The position numbers and the translations under genes were made by a program. The notes under the pieces are model-generated. The model was given only the letters and a program-made list of their open reading frames with translations. It was not told the origin of the DNA and did not search any database. Source: an uncultured Gemmatimonadales bacterium (GTDB taxonomy: Bacteria > Gemmatimonadota > Gemmatimonadetes > Gemmatimonadales > GWC2-71-9). Taken from it: a stretch of DNA of 60,972 bases. Shown one piece after another: positions 28,888 to 37,976 of this stretch. The DNA is taken from positions 1-60,972 of the forward strand of contig CAWGSK010000020.1 of NCBI GenBank assembly GCA_963825055.1, given 5' to 3'. How positions within the stretch are numbered: the first letter of the stretch is position 1; each line of letters starts with the position of its first letter.

Positions 28888-31800
28888 TCAGCCCGCTCCC
28901 TGCAGTCGCGCCAGCCCGAGTCGGGCCTGCTCGAGGTAGGGCGCCACCTCCTGGTGCGGGTCCGTGAGCTGGGCCAGGAGGGCCCGGTACTCCGAGACCG
29001 CCGCCTCGCGCTGGCCCATCTTTTCGAAGGCAACTGCACGCAGCAGTCGGACCCGGCCCATCTCGCCCCATCGTGCGTCGAAACCGTGCGTCTGGAACTG
29101 GGCCGGCTCGAAATCCTCCAGCAATTCGATCGCCGCGCGGTAGTCGCCGAGCAGGACATAGGCTTCGGCCAGGAGTGGACGATGATCGCCGATGGACCCG
29201 GCATACATCGACTTGGCCGCCGTGGTGGTCTCCGGCGATTCCCCGAGAATACGCCGGGCCCGGGCCGTGTCCTCCTGCTGCCTCAGTGCCACCAGCGCCT
29301 GGACTTCCGGCGTCTGGGGCGCGTCGGTGAGGGCGCCCAGCTCGATCAGGGCCCCCTGGTCGTGGGGCGGACCGAGGAAGAGCCAGAGTGCTGCCGCTGA
29401 TCCGCTGCGGGCCAGGCCCGCACGCGAGTTCGCCGGGGCCGACCGGGCGGCTTCGGCGGCCTCCGACCAGATCTCCTTGAGGATGCCCGGCGAGCCGCCG
29501 GCGGGTCCGTAGAGCATACCCCGCGACCAGCGCTCGAAGGCGTCGATGTCCTCGGGGCTCACGTGCATCTTCGCGGCGTGGATCCGGCTGCCCAGAGCCA
29601 GCGCCCGGTTCGCGGTCGGGATGTCCCCGATGTAGCTGAAGACGTTCGCTGCCGAGTTCACGTCCACGAACGACGTCGCCGGAGCGCCATCGAAGTCGTT
29701 GACGTCGGTGCTGTCGAGGAGCGGCCGCAGGGTGCGTACCGCCCCTTCGACATCCCCGCTGGCGAAGCGGATTCGTCCCTCGATGAAGGAAAGCTGCGCG
29801 GGAGTGCTTCCCGGCTGATCCCGGAGCGACTGGACCTCCTGCAGGGCCTGCGGCCAGGACTCGCTTGCCACCAGCGCGTCGACCAGCGCTGCCCGGGCGC
29901 GCGGCGTCGCGGGCTGTGTGGTCACCCAGCGACGGGTCAGCGCCACTGCCTCGACCCGGGCGCGGCGCACCGCCTGGTCCAGTGCGATGTCCTGGAGCAC
30001 CGCCGTCCCGTCGGGCCGGCGGTTGAGCACGAAGGAATCGGGTGTCACGAGCGCGAACACAGGACGACGGCCTGCGGCGTCGTTCAGCATGGTGGCGACG
30101 TGGTCGTAGGCCAGCGCGTACTGCGGGTCGAGCGCGATCGCCCGCTGGAAGGCCCGGAGCGACTGGGTCCGGTTGCCGGCCATGTCGGCGCTCGACGTAT
30201 CATGGAACCATGCGTCGCCCAGGCCGTACCACGCGTCCGCGTCGGTTGAATCGCGCTCCAGCAGCGAACGGTATTGACCGCGTGCCGTCACGAAGTCGCC
30301 GTTCAGGAACGCCTGGTAGGCGTTGATCATGGTGCGGTCGTGCGCGGGCACCCGGTCGGAGTAGCGGGCAGCGGTCTGGATAGCCACCCGGCCGAGGGAA
30401 TCGGCCGGCCCCACCAGCCAGCCGCGGGCGAGGGAGAGCTTGTACCACGCCAGTCCGAAGGTCGAATCGCGCTCGATGGCCTGCCGCAGCTCCCGGTCGG
30501 CTCCTTCCAGGCTCCAGTGATTCAGTGAATCGATGCCGTCGAGATAGCTCCGGTAGGCCTCAAGGGACGGCGTCGTCACCGAGGCGAGGTCCGGACGGAG
30601 CCCACCCGGTGCACCCGACAGGCTCAGCAACTGGCCGGCCAGGTCGTCGAAGAGGGGGCGGACGTCCTCCCCCGGGCGGCCCTCGGCCGTGGCGACGTTC
30701 ACGCGGCTGCCCGTGGCCACGTCGTAGACCCGGGCGGAGAGGATGAGCGAATCCCCGATCTGGGTGTAGTCGCCCAGAACCACCGTCCATACGCCCGCCT
30801 CCCGCGCGAGGCGGCGCGCCATCTCGAGGCCGACGCCTTCGCCCGGCTCCACGTTTTCCTTCGACAGCAGGTCATGGACTCGTTCCTGATCCACCACGGA
30901 CAGGTCATTCCATTGCGAGAGGGTGAGCGCCAGCATGCTGACGCTGCCGTCACGGAGCCAGGCTACCGCCGGGTCCTCCCGCAGGTTCTCGAACGGCAGG
31001 ATGAGCAGCGAATGGCGCGGGTTCACGCCGGCCGGCGGGCCGCCGTCCGTCCGGAGGCCGAGGATTCCGGCCCCGCCCAGGGCGAGGACGATGACCGCGG
31101 CGGCAACCCAGCGCAGGGCGCGTGACCGACCGCGACGGTGCCGGACCAGGTCACCGAGCAGCGCCTGGCGGAAATCGGCGCCGGTCTGCCACCGGTCATC
31201 GGGCGCTTTCTCGAGCGCCTGCATGACCGCGTCCCCGACGCGGGCGGGGACCTCGGACCGCTCCTTCGTGACGGCTACCGGACGCTCGGAGAGCTGCATC
31301 GAGATGACGGTGGCACTGCTTGGCGCGCGGAAGGGAGGGCGGCCCGCCAGCATCTCGTAGGTCACGACGCCCAGTGCGTAGAGGTCGCTCCGGCGGTCGA
31401 CCTCGTCGCCGCTCGCCTGCTCCGGGCTCATGTACGTGGGAGTGCCGACCGCGACGCCTGCGCCGGTGATGAACGCGCCTGAATCGGCCATCAGCACCCG
31501 CGCGACGCCAAAATCCACCAGCAGCGGCCGGCCGTCCCGCTGGTCGAGCAGGATGTTTTCCGGCTTCACGTCGCGGTGGACGAGCCCGGCCTCGCCCGCG
31601 GCATCGAGGGCGCCGGCAAGGTCGGAGGCGATACGCACCGCCTCCTCGACCGGCAGCCGTCCCTCACGCTGGAGCCGCTCCCGGAGCGTCTCGCCCGGGA
31701 CGTAGTCCATCACGTAGTAGAAGATTCCGGTCGCCTCGCCGGCGGTGTAGACGCTCACGATGTTCGGATGACGCAGCCGGGCGATCATGCGGGCTTCGGC

Positions 31801-31998
31801 AAGGAAGCGCTGGGCTACCGTCTGGCGGGTGGCGAGGTCGGGGTGGATGACCTTGACGGCGACTGGCCGGTCGAGCGTGGTGTCCCGGGCGAGGAAGACC
31901 AGTCCCATGCCGCCACGGCCAAGCTCCCGCTCGATGCGGTACTGCACACCGAGCGCCGCCTGCAGTCGGGCAGCGATTTCGCTGACGTCGGGTGTCAC
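28888..31998 (-). CDS. Membrane Ser/Thr protein kinase with TolB-N-like and TPR C-terminal region
   Basis: GRGGMG, VAVK, HRDVKPEN, DFG, GTPTYMSPE; TM segment; LPFEN; TPR-like helices. Confidence 0.92.
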   Translation of the reverse strand: MTPDVSEIAARLQAALGVQYRIERELGRGGMGLVFLARDTTLDRPVAVKVIHPDLATRQTVAQRFLAEARMIARLRHPNIVSVYTAGEATGIFYYVMDYVPGETLRERLQREGRLPVEEAVRIASDLAGALDAAGEAGLVHRDVKPENILLDQRDGRPLLVDFGVARVLMADSGAFITGAGVAVGTPTYMSPEQASGDEVDRRSDLYALGVVTYEMLAGRPPFRAPSSATVISMQLSERPVAVTKERSEVPARVGDAVMQALEKAPDDRWQTGADFRQALLGDLVRHRRGRSRALRWVAAAVIVLALGGAGILGLRTDGGPPAGVNPRHSLLILPFENLREDPAVAWLRDGSVSMLALTLSQWNDLSVVDQERVHDLLSKENVEPGEGVGLEMARRLAREAGVWTVVLGDYTQIGDSLILSARVYDVATGSRVNVATAEGRPGEDVRPLFDDLAGQLLSLSGAPGGLRPDLASVTTPSLEAYRSYLDGIDSLNHWSLEGADRELRQAIERDSTFGLAWYKLSLARGWLVGPADSLGRVAIQTAARYSDRVPAHDRTMINAYQAFLNGDFVTARGQYRSLLERDSTDADAWYGLGDAWFHDTSSADMAGNRTQSLRAFQRAIALDPQYALAYDHVATMLNDAAGRRPVFALVTPDSFVLNRRPDGTAVLQDIALDQAVRRARVEAVALTRRWVTTQPATPRARAALVDALVASESWPQALQEVQSLRDQPGSTPAQLSFIEGRIRFASGDVEGAVRTLRPLLDSTDVNDFDGAPATSFVDVNSAANVFSYIGDIPTANRALALGSRIHAAKMHVSPEDIDAFERWSRGMLYGPAGGSPGILKEIWSEAAEAARSAPANSRAGLARSGSAAALWLFLGPPHDQGALIELGALTDAPQTPEVQALVALRQQEDTARARRILGESPETTTAAKSMYAGSIGDHRPLLAEAYVLLGDYRAAIELLEDFEPAQFQTHGFDARWGEMGRVRLLRAVAFEKMGQREAAVSEYRALLAQLTDPHQEVAPYLEQARLGLARLQGAG

Positions 31999-32207
31999 GG
32001 GACCACTCCCTCCCAGCCCGGACCGGCCGGGATGGGGGTTGAGGAACGCGGCATCGGATGGGTCCTATCCCTGATGGATGCCCCGAACGGCCGTAAGGTT
32101 GCCTCCGCACGGGCCGGCGTGGCGCCGGCAGGCCTCCATCCGGTGTTGAGCCCTCGTTGAAGCGACCGGGCCACCGTCGGGGTGTACCCCTGAGTCAGGA
32201 GCCCCGG

Positions 32208-33086
32208 ATGCCTGCCACCGCAACCAAGCCCGGCACCGGCTGGCCGACCGTCGCGGCGGTTCTCGCGCCCGGCGAGCGCCAGCGGGTCGAGGCGGCCGGA
32301 GAGGGATGTTTCTCCCTGGTGCACCGGAACACCATCCCCGAGGCCATCCGGGTCGTGCGTGAGCGTCCGGTGGACGCCGTGATCGTGTCGCTCGACCGGT
32401 GTGCCGTGCCCGACCTGCCGGAACTGCATCGCCTGGTCCGTGAATTCCCGGGCGTCCCGACAGTGGCGCTGGTGACCAGCCACAATGCCGCGGCCTCGGA
32501 GCGACTTCTCCGCCTGGGCGCCACCGGCATACGCCGTGTGGTGGATGTGACCGCCCCGGGAGGGTGGCATGACCTCCGGCGCCTCATCACCACGCCCGCC
32601 TCGCGCTCGGTTGCCCGGATCCAGCGGCCCCTGGTCGAGGCAATGCCCGAGAGTGCCCGGAGTGCGCGGCTCTTCTTCGAAGCGCTCGTCCGCCTGGCGC
32701 CCTCGGTCACCACCGTCCGGAAGCTGTCGACATTGCTCGGTGTCCAGCCGAGCACCATGATGTCGCGGTTCCACCGGGCGGGGCTGCCTTCGCCCAAGAG
32801 CTACCTCTCGGGAGTGCGACTGCTCCATGCGTCGGTCCTGTTCGAAGATCCGGGCATGTCGGTGGCAGATGTCGCCTACCGCCTCGAATACAGCTCGCCG
32901 CAGAGTTTCGGTCGACACGTCCGGGCCATGCTCGGCGTGACCAGTTCGGAATATCGTCGCCGTTTCCCCTTTCCGACGGCCCTGGAGCGATTTGTTGCAC
33001 TCATGATCGGCCCGTATCGCGAGGCGCTCACCCGCTTCCAGCCCCTGCCGGGCGCGGGACCGGTCATTCTGCTCGATCCGCCCTGA
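32208..33086 (+). CDS. AraC-type HTH regulator with degenerate receiver-like N-terminus
   Basis: SVADVAYRLEYSSPQSFGRHVRAMLGVTSSEYR; RPVDAVIVS; GGAG SD. Confidence 0.82.
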   Translation: MPATATKPGTGWPTVAAVLAPGERQRVEAAGEGCFSLVHRNTIPEAIRVVRERPVDAVIVSLDRCAVPDLPELHRLVREFPGVPTVALVTSHNAAASERLLRLGATGIRRVVDVTAPGGWHDLRRLITTPASRSVARIQRPLVEAMPESARSARLFFEALVRLAPSVTTVRKLSTLLGVQPSTMMSRFHRAGLPSPKSYLSGVRLLHASVLFEDPGMSVADVAYRLEYSSPQSFGRHVRAMLGVTSSEYRRRFPFPTALERFVALMIGPYREALTRFQPLPGAGPVILLDPP

Positions 33087-33190
33087 GGCGCAGCGAACAA
33101 TGCGGGGCGGGACACCTGACGCACAAGGCATTGCCATTGAGGCCATCACCGGATGGAGTAGTATTAGTTACTACCTCTTTATCTCTCTTC

Positions 33191-33337
33191 TCGGCAGTCG
33201 GCAGTCGGCGGTCGACCGTTCGCCGTCGGGAGTCGGCAATCGGCACGCATTCGTCTGGCCTCTCCCCGGGCGCGCATCCTTGGAAGCCCGATATCCCATA
33301 CTCGATCCCCGATACCCGACCTCCCGACCTCCCAACT
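33191..33337. repeat. TCGGCAG and CCCGATA heptamer arrays
   Basis: tcggcag tcggcag tcggcgg ... cccgata tcccata ctcgatc cccgata cccgacc. Confidence 0.75.
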
Positions 33338-33496
33338 CTTTCCAAGACGAAACATCGGCCCCCGAAGTTCCTTTACGCCTGTCGCGGAATTGTTCCGGTT
33401 TTTCAAACCGGTTCCAGGGTTTCTTCAACCCTCCCCAGTTACCATCGGTCTACCGCCCTGCCACCAGGGCGGGTCATACCCCCGAAGGAGTATTCG

Positions 33497-34084
33497 ATGA
33501 AAAGACTCGTGTCGGCCTGCTTCGCCGCCGCCCTTGCTTCCGCGGCTCCCTTCACGCCCGTCACCGCCCAGCTGCGCGGCGTCGCTGGTGTCGGCCTGTC
33601 CGCGCCGGTCGGGGATTTCGCCGACGAAAACATCGGCATGGCCAAAGCCGGAGGCGGCCATGCCCTGATCGGAGTGGAGTGGATGGCGTCATCCCGGCCT
33701 GTGGGCATCCGGCTCGATGGCACGTGGAACCAGTTCTGCACCACGGCATGCGATGATGTCGGCGGGAACCTCGACATCAAGTATCAGATCCTGAACGCCA
33801 ACCTGAGCGGCATTTTCGAGACCACTCTCGATGAGGCGCAGAAGACTCGCCTCTACCTGCTTGCCGGTGCCGGGATCTACAACTACAAGCTCCGCGGTGA
33901 CGACGTGCCCGGAGGGCTCGACAACAGCACCTCCGACTTCGGAATCAGTGGTGGGGCGGGCTTCAGCCTCCGGGTGGGCACGATCGGACTTTTCCTCGAG
34001 GGCCGCTTCCACAACGTGTTCACCGAGGGAAGTAACCTGCAGTATGTGCCGGTGACTGTCGGGGTAAGGCTGGGCAGGAAGTAG
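33497..34084 (+). CDS. Outer-membrane beta-barrel protein (8-stranded porin-like)
   Basis: AAGGAG SD, signal peptide, amphipathic strands YLLAGAGIY, LFLEGRFH, VPVTVGVRL. Confidence 0.85.
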   Translation: MKRLVSACFAAALASAAPFTPVTAQLRGVAGVGLSAPVGDFADENIGMAKAGGGHALIGVEWMASSRPVGIRLDGTWNQFCTTACDDVGGNLDIKYQILNANLSGIFETTLDEAQKTRLYLLAGAGIYNYKLRGDDVPGGLDNSTSDFGISGGAGFSLRVGTIGLFLEGRFHNVFTEGSNLQYVPVTVGVRLGRK

Positions 34085-34136
34085 GTCAAAAGGCGAAAGT
34101 CGAAGGTCGAAATCCCACTCGACCTTCGACCTCCTC

Positions 34137-34952
34137 CTATCTCAGTACTATCCCAAACGCCTCCGGTCCCTCTCCGCGGAAGATCGTCGAATGTTCGAGA
34201 TCGGGGCGGGGGCGGTAATGGACCGTCAGTCCGGTGGGAGAGCGAGCGCGAAGCGTATCCGCCAGGGCCGCGGTTCCGCTCGCGATATCCTGCTCGTTGG
34301 CCGCCGACAGGAAGAGGGTGCTCCCGGTGAAATTCCGCCGGGCCATCAGGAACCCCGCGGTGCGGACGCTCGCTCCGTCGTTCCACCATACGCTCGGGCT
34401 GAGCGCGATGTAGTGCCGGAAGAGCCGGGGCTCCTCGAGGAAGGTCTCCACGACAAAGAGACCGGCCAGGGATTCCCCGACGATCGATGTCTCGCTGGTG
34501 GTCCGATAGCGCCGGCGAATCTCCGGCATCAGTTCGTCACGGATGAAGGCGCGGAACGCGCCCGACCATCCGACACGCGCGGCAATCGTGCTGTCGGAAC
34601 CGACGGTCGTGGGGCCGGTCAGGTCCCGCCGGCGCTCGGTATTCGGGATGCCGACCACGATGACGGGACGGATGTCGCCCAGCAGTGCCAGGGAGTCGAC
34701 CGTGTTGACGACGTGGGGGAAATCCTCGTCCAGCCCGCCGTCGGGCATGTACAGGACCGGGAAGGATGCCCGGGTGTCGGTGGCATAGCCCGCCGGCAGG
34801 TGGACGTTGATCCGGCGAGGTTCCCGGAGCGCCTGCGACTGGATGGTAAAGGACTCGTGAGGAGGGACCGGATCAGTGGTCTGCGCGGCCAGCGCCGGGA
34901 CCCCCAGGACCGATACCAGCAGGCCCAGCGTGATTGCGTGTATGAATGCCAT
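34137..34952 (-). CDS. Putative esterase (IroE/Fes-like alpha/beta hydrolase), secreted
   Basis: PVLYMPDG, RRRDLT, GESLAG nucleophile elbow, SPSVWW. Confidence 0.88.
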   Translation of the reverse strand: MAFIHAITLGLLVSVLGVPALAAQTTDPVPPHESFTIQSQALREPRRINVHLPAGYATDTRASFPVLYMPDGGLDEDFPHVVNTVDSLALLGDIRPVIVVGIPNTERRRDLTGPTTVGSDSTIAARVGWSGAFRAFIRDELMPEIRRRYRTTSETSIVGESLAGLFVVETFLEEPRLFRHYIALSPSVWWNDGASVRTAGFLMARRNFTGSTLFLSAANEQDIASGTAALADTLRARSPTGLTVHYRPRPDLEHSTIFRGEGPEAFGIVLR

Positions 34953-34994
34953 CCCGATTCTCGTAACGATTCAACGACTCAACGATTCAACGAC

Positions 34995-35552
34995 CTATCT
35001 CAGGCCCAGTGCCCCCGCAGTGACCAGCGCCACCGCTCGGACCCCGAGTGCCTCCAGGGCCGCCGCCCCCCCCGCCTCCCGGTCCACGACCGCCAGCACG
35101 CCGAGCACGGTGCCGCCCGCCTCGCGGACCGCTTCCACGGCCTTCCTGGCAGAGCCACCAGAGGTCAGGACATCCTCCACCACCACGACCGGGGCGCCCT
35201 CCCGGAAGTTGCCCTCGACCTGCCTGGCGGTGCCGTGGCCCTTCGCTTCCTTGCGGACACTGAACGCATCCACCACCGGGCCCGTTTCCAGACTGGCCCG
35301 GGCGATGGCATAGGCGACCGGATCGGCCCCCATGGTGAGGCCTCCTACAGCCTCGGGCGTCCAGCCCTCAGCCCGGATTCTGGCCAGGCCAAGTTGGCCG
35401 ATCAGCTGAAGCCCCCGCGCCGACATGGTGGTCGGCCGGGCGTCGATGTACCAGGAGCTGGTGGCGCCGGAAGCGAGGGTGAACTCGCCGTGACGGACGG
35501 AGCGCTCGAGCAGCAGCTGCTCCAGTTCCTGCTGTGGGGCTGGTGCGGTCAA
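34995..35552 (-). CDS. pyrE: Orotate phosphoribosyltransferase
   Basis: FTLASG, RKEAKGHG, VVEDVLTSGGS, VDRE. Confidence 0.95.
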   Translation of the reverse strand: MTAPAPQQELEQLLLERSVRHGEFTLASGATSSWYIDARPTTMSARGLQLIGQLGLARIRAEGWTPEAVGGLTMGADPVAYAIARASLETGPVVDAFSVRKEAKGHGTARQVEGNFREGAPVVVVEDVLTSGGSARKAVEAVREAGGTVLGVLAVVDREAGGAAALEALGVRAVALVTAGALGLR

Positions 35553-36445
35553 CGCTTGCGGAAGAGGCCGCCGAGGAAGCCGCCTTTGGTGCGCTCGGCC
35601 TCGCCCGTCAGCGCCGCGGTGACGCCCTGGACGAAGTCGTCAATAGTGCGGTAGCGCTTCGAGCGCTCGCGCTCGAGCCCCTTCATGACCGCCGCCTCGA
35701 GCTCGGGTGAAATCCTGACTCCCTTGGCGGCCTGGCCGAGGGGGATGGGCGGCTGGGTGAGGAGCTGCTGGAAGAGTTCCCGCGGAGAGCGGCCGCTGTA
35801 GGGGATGGTGCCGGCCAGGAGGTAGTAGGTGATCGTCGCCAGGCTGTACACGTCGGCCTGTTCGTCCACCAGCTCACCGCTCAGCGCCTCCGGCGCCACG
35901 TACTGCAGCGTCCCCACGAAGAATCCGGCCCGGGTCAGGCGCTCCTCGGGCTGGAGTTCCGCATCCCGGGCGATCCCGAAGTCCAGCAGCATCACGTGCT
36001 GGGTGGCCGGGTCGTACATGATGTTGGCGGGCTTGAGGTCCCGGTGGATGATCCCGGCCTTGTGCGCCGCTGAGAGGGCGCCGCCGAGCTGGGTGATGAT
36101 GTTCAGGACCACGTCGGGCGCGAGCGGCCCGGAGCGCGTGGCGAAGATGGCCAGGGATTCCCCTTCGGCCCACTGCAGCGCCAGGTAGTTGATCCCGTCC
36201 GCCTCGCCGAAGTCGTACGTCTGTACAATGTTGGGGTGGACGACCCGGGCACCGTACTCGGCCTCGCGGAGGAAGCGCTGGACCGCCACCGGATCCTGCC
36301 CCATGCGCGAACGGAGCACTTTTACAGCGGTCAGGCCGCGCTCGGGATGCTCGGCGCGGTAGACGGTAGCCGTTCCCCCCTCCCCGATGTGCTTGAGGAG
36401 GCGGTACCCTGCTACGGTGCGGCCGATAAGGTTGTCTTCTGCCAT
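35549..36445 (-). CDS. Soluble Hanks-type Ser/Thr kinase
   Basis: GEGGTATVY, HRDLKPAN, DFG, GTLQYVAPE. Confidence 0.93.
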   Translation of the reverse strand: MAEDNLIGRTVAGYRLLKHIGEGGTATVYRAEHPERGLTAVKVLRSRMGQDPVAVQRFLREAEYGARVVHPNIVQTYDFGEADGINYLALQWAEGESLAIFATRSGPLAPDVVLNIITQLGGALSAAHKAGIIHRDLKPANIMYDPATQHVMLLDFGIARDAELQPEERLTRAGFFVGTLQYVAPEALSGELVDEQADVYSLATITYYLLAGTIPYSGRSPRELFQQLLTQPPIPLGQAAKGVRISPELEAAVMKGLERERSKRYRTIDDFVQGVTAALTGEAERTKGGFLGGLFRKR

Positions 36446-36530
36446 GGGCTGAGCCAAGCTACTCGCCTGACAGGGGCGGAGCAAGGCGCATCAGCTTGAC
36501 GCTGTTCGCCGCCTTCCGCTAACCTTCGCC

Positions 36531-37928
36531 ATGTATCGGCATTTCTGGCAGGTCCGTTCACGCAGAGGGGGCAACGTGTACCGTCGGATGGCGCTGGTGG
36601 CGCTGATGGGAACCGGACTTGCCGGCTGCGGGAACTGGCAGCGCGTCGGCAGCGAGCCGGGAGCCCAGGGATCCGATGTCGCCCTGACCCAGATGGTGGA
36701 CCTGGCGCAGGTCTATCGTCGCCTCGGACGGATCGCTGCCGGGAGTCCCCTCCCCTTCGTGGGCGACCTCGCCTACGCCGCCGGCCCCGCCGACAGCACC
36801 GTGACCGTCTTCGCGCTGAGCCTGGAAAACCGGGTGCTTTCCTTCGAGCGCGCCGAAACCGGATTCGTGGCCCGCTACCGGGTGGAATTGTCGCTGCACC
36901 GGAGTGGGGCGGCCCCGATCACGGTCAACCGGACCGAGGTGGTCAAGGTGGCCACGTTCCAGGAGACGCTTCGAAACGACGAGAGCGTGATCTTCCAGCA
37001 GGTCTTCGCACTGCCACCGGGCGAATACCAGTTCACCGTCCGCGTGCGCGATGTCACCAGCAGTCGGACGAGCGAGGCGCAGACCGCCGTCACCGTGCCG
37101 GGCTTCGGCCCGGGTTCCACGTCCGCCCCCATCGTGGCCTACGAAGTCACCGGCCGGGGCGAGCGTACCGCACCGCTCCAGGTCATGCTCAATCCGCGCG
37201 GCACCGTGGCATACGGCGCAGACACGTTGCTCGCGTACGTCGAGGGGTACCAAATGCCACCGGGGTCCGCCCGCGCGTTCCAGGTGCGCGACCAGCGGGA
37301 CAGCGTCGTCTTCCAGGACTCGCTCCGTTTTCAGGGCGGCGCGGATGTCGAGGGACTGGTCATCCGGCTCACGCCCGACAGTGCCCCGCTCGGCGAACTC
37401 AAGCTGATCGTCGGCGATGGTCCGTCTGCCCGTCAGACGAGCGCCATCGTGTCGCTCAGCTCCGACTGGGTGGTCACCAACTTTGATGAGATCGTCGAAC
37501 TGCTGCGCTACTTCGGGCACCAGGAAGAGCTCAAGGCCCTCCGGGATGCCACTCCCGGGGAGCGCCCGCGGCTCTGGCGCGAGTTCTACACCTCCACCGA
37601 CCCGGTGCGGACCACGCCGGAGAACGAGGCACTGGACACCTATTTCACCCGGCTCGCGGTCGCCAACCAGCGCTTCACGAACGAGGGCATCGCCGGCTGG
37701 CGCACCGACCGGGGCGAGGTCTACATCCAGCTCGGCGAACCCGACGAGATCTACGACGCCAGCGCGCTGAGCCAGGGGCAGGGCCGGGTGATCCGGTGGG
37801 TCTACATCGACGAACGACTCGCGCTGTTCTTTATCGACGAAACCGGATTCGGGCGCTTCAAGATGGACATCGCCTCCCGCAGCGACTTCGACCGCGTGGT
37901 GAACCGCATCCGCCGCCAGGCCAACTGA
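36531..37928 (+). CDS. GWxTD domain lipoprotein (alternative start GTG 36576)
   Basis: LAGC lipobox; GWRTDRGEVYIQLGEPD; upstream promoter TTGACG-18-TAACCT. Confidence 0.88.
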   Translation: MYRHFWQVRSRRGGNVYRRMALVALMGTGLAGCGNWQRVGSEPGAQGSDVALTQMVDLAQVYRRLGRIAAGSPLPFVGDLAYAAGPADSTVTVFALSLENRVLSFERAETGFVARYRVELSLHRSGAAPITVNRTEVVKVATFQETLRNDESVIFQQVFALPPGEYQFTVRVRDVTSSRTSEAQTAVTVPGFGPGSTSAPIVAYEVTGRGERTAPLQVMLNPRGTVAYGADTLLAYVEGYQMPPGSARAFQVRDQRDSVVFQDSLRFQGGADVEGLVIRLTPDSAPLGELKLIVGDGPSARQTSAIVSLSSDWVVTNFDEIVELLRYFGHQEELKALRDATPGERPRLWREFYTSTDPVRTTPENEALDTYFTRLAVANQRFTNEGIAGWRTDRGEVYIQLGEPDEIYDASALSQGQGRVIRWVYIDERLALFFIDETGFGRFKMDIASRSDFDRVVNRIRRQAN

Positions 37929-37976
37929 ATTGCCGGGCGCCCCCACGCGGTGCGCCCGACTCCCCTATCTTCCGGC

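Noticed and set aside
33158..33174. Second DnaA-trio or origin element
   Set aside because: No adjacent DnaA boxes; better explained as a palindrome
33721..33730. parS site (CACGTGGAAC)
   Set aside because: Only a half-site match, inside a CDS
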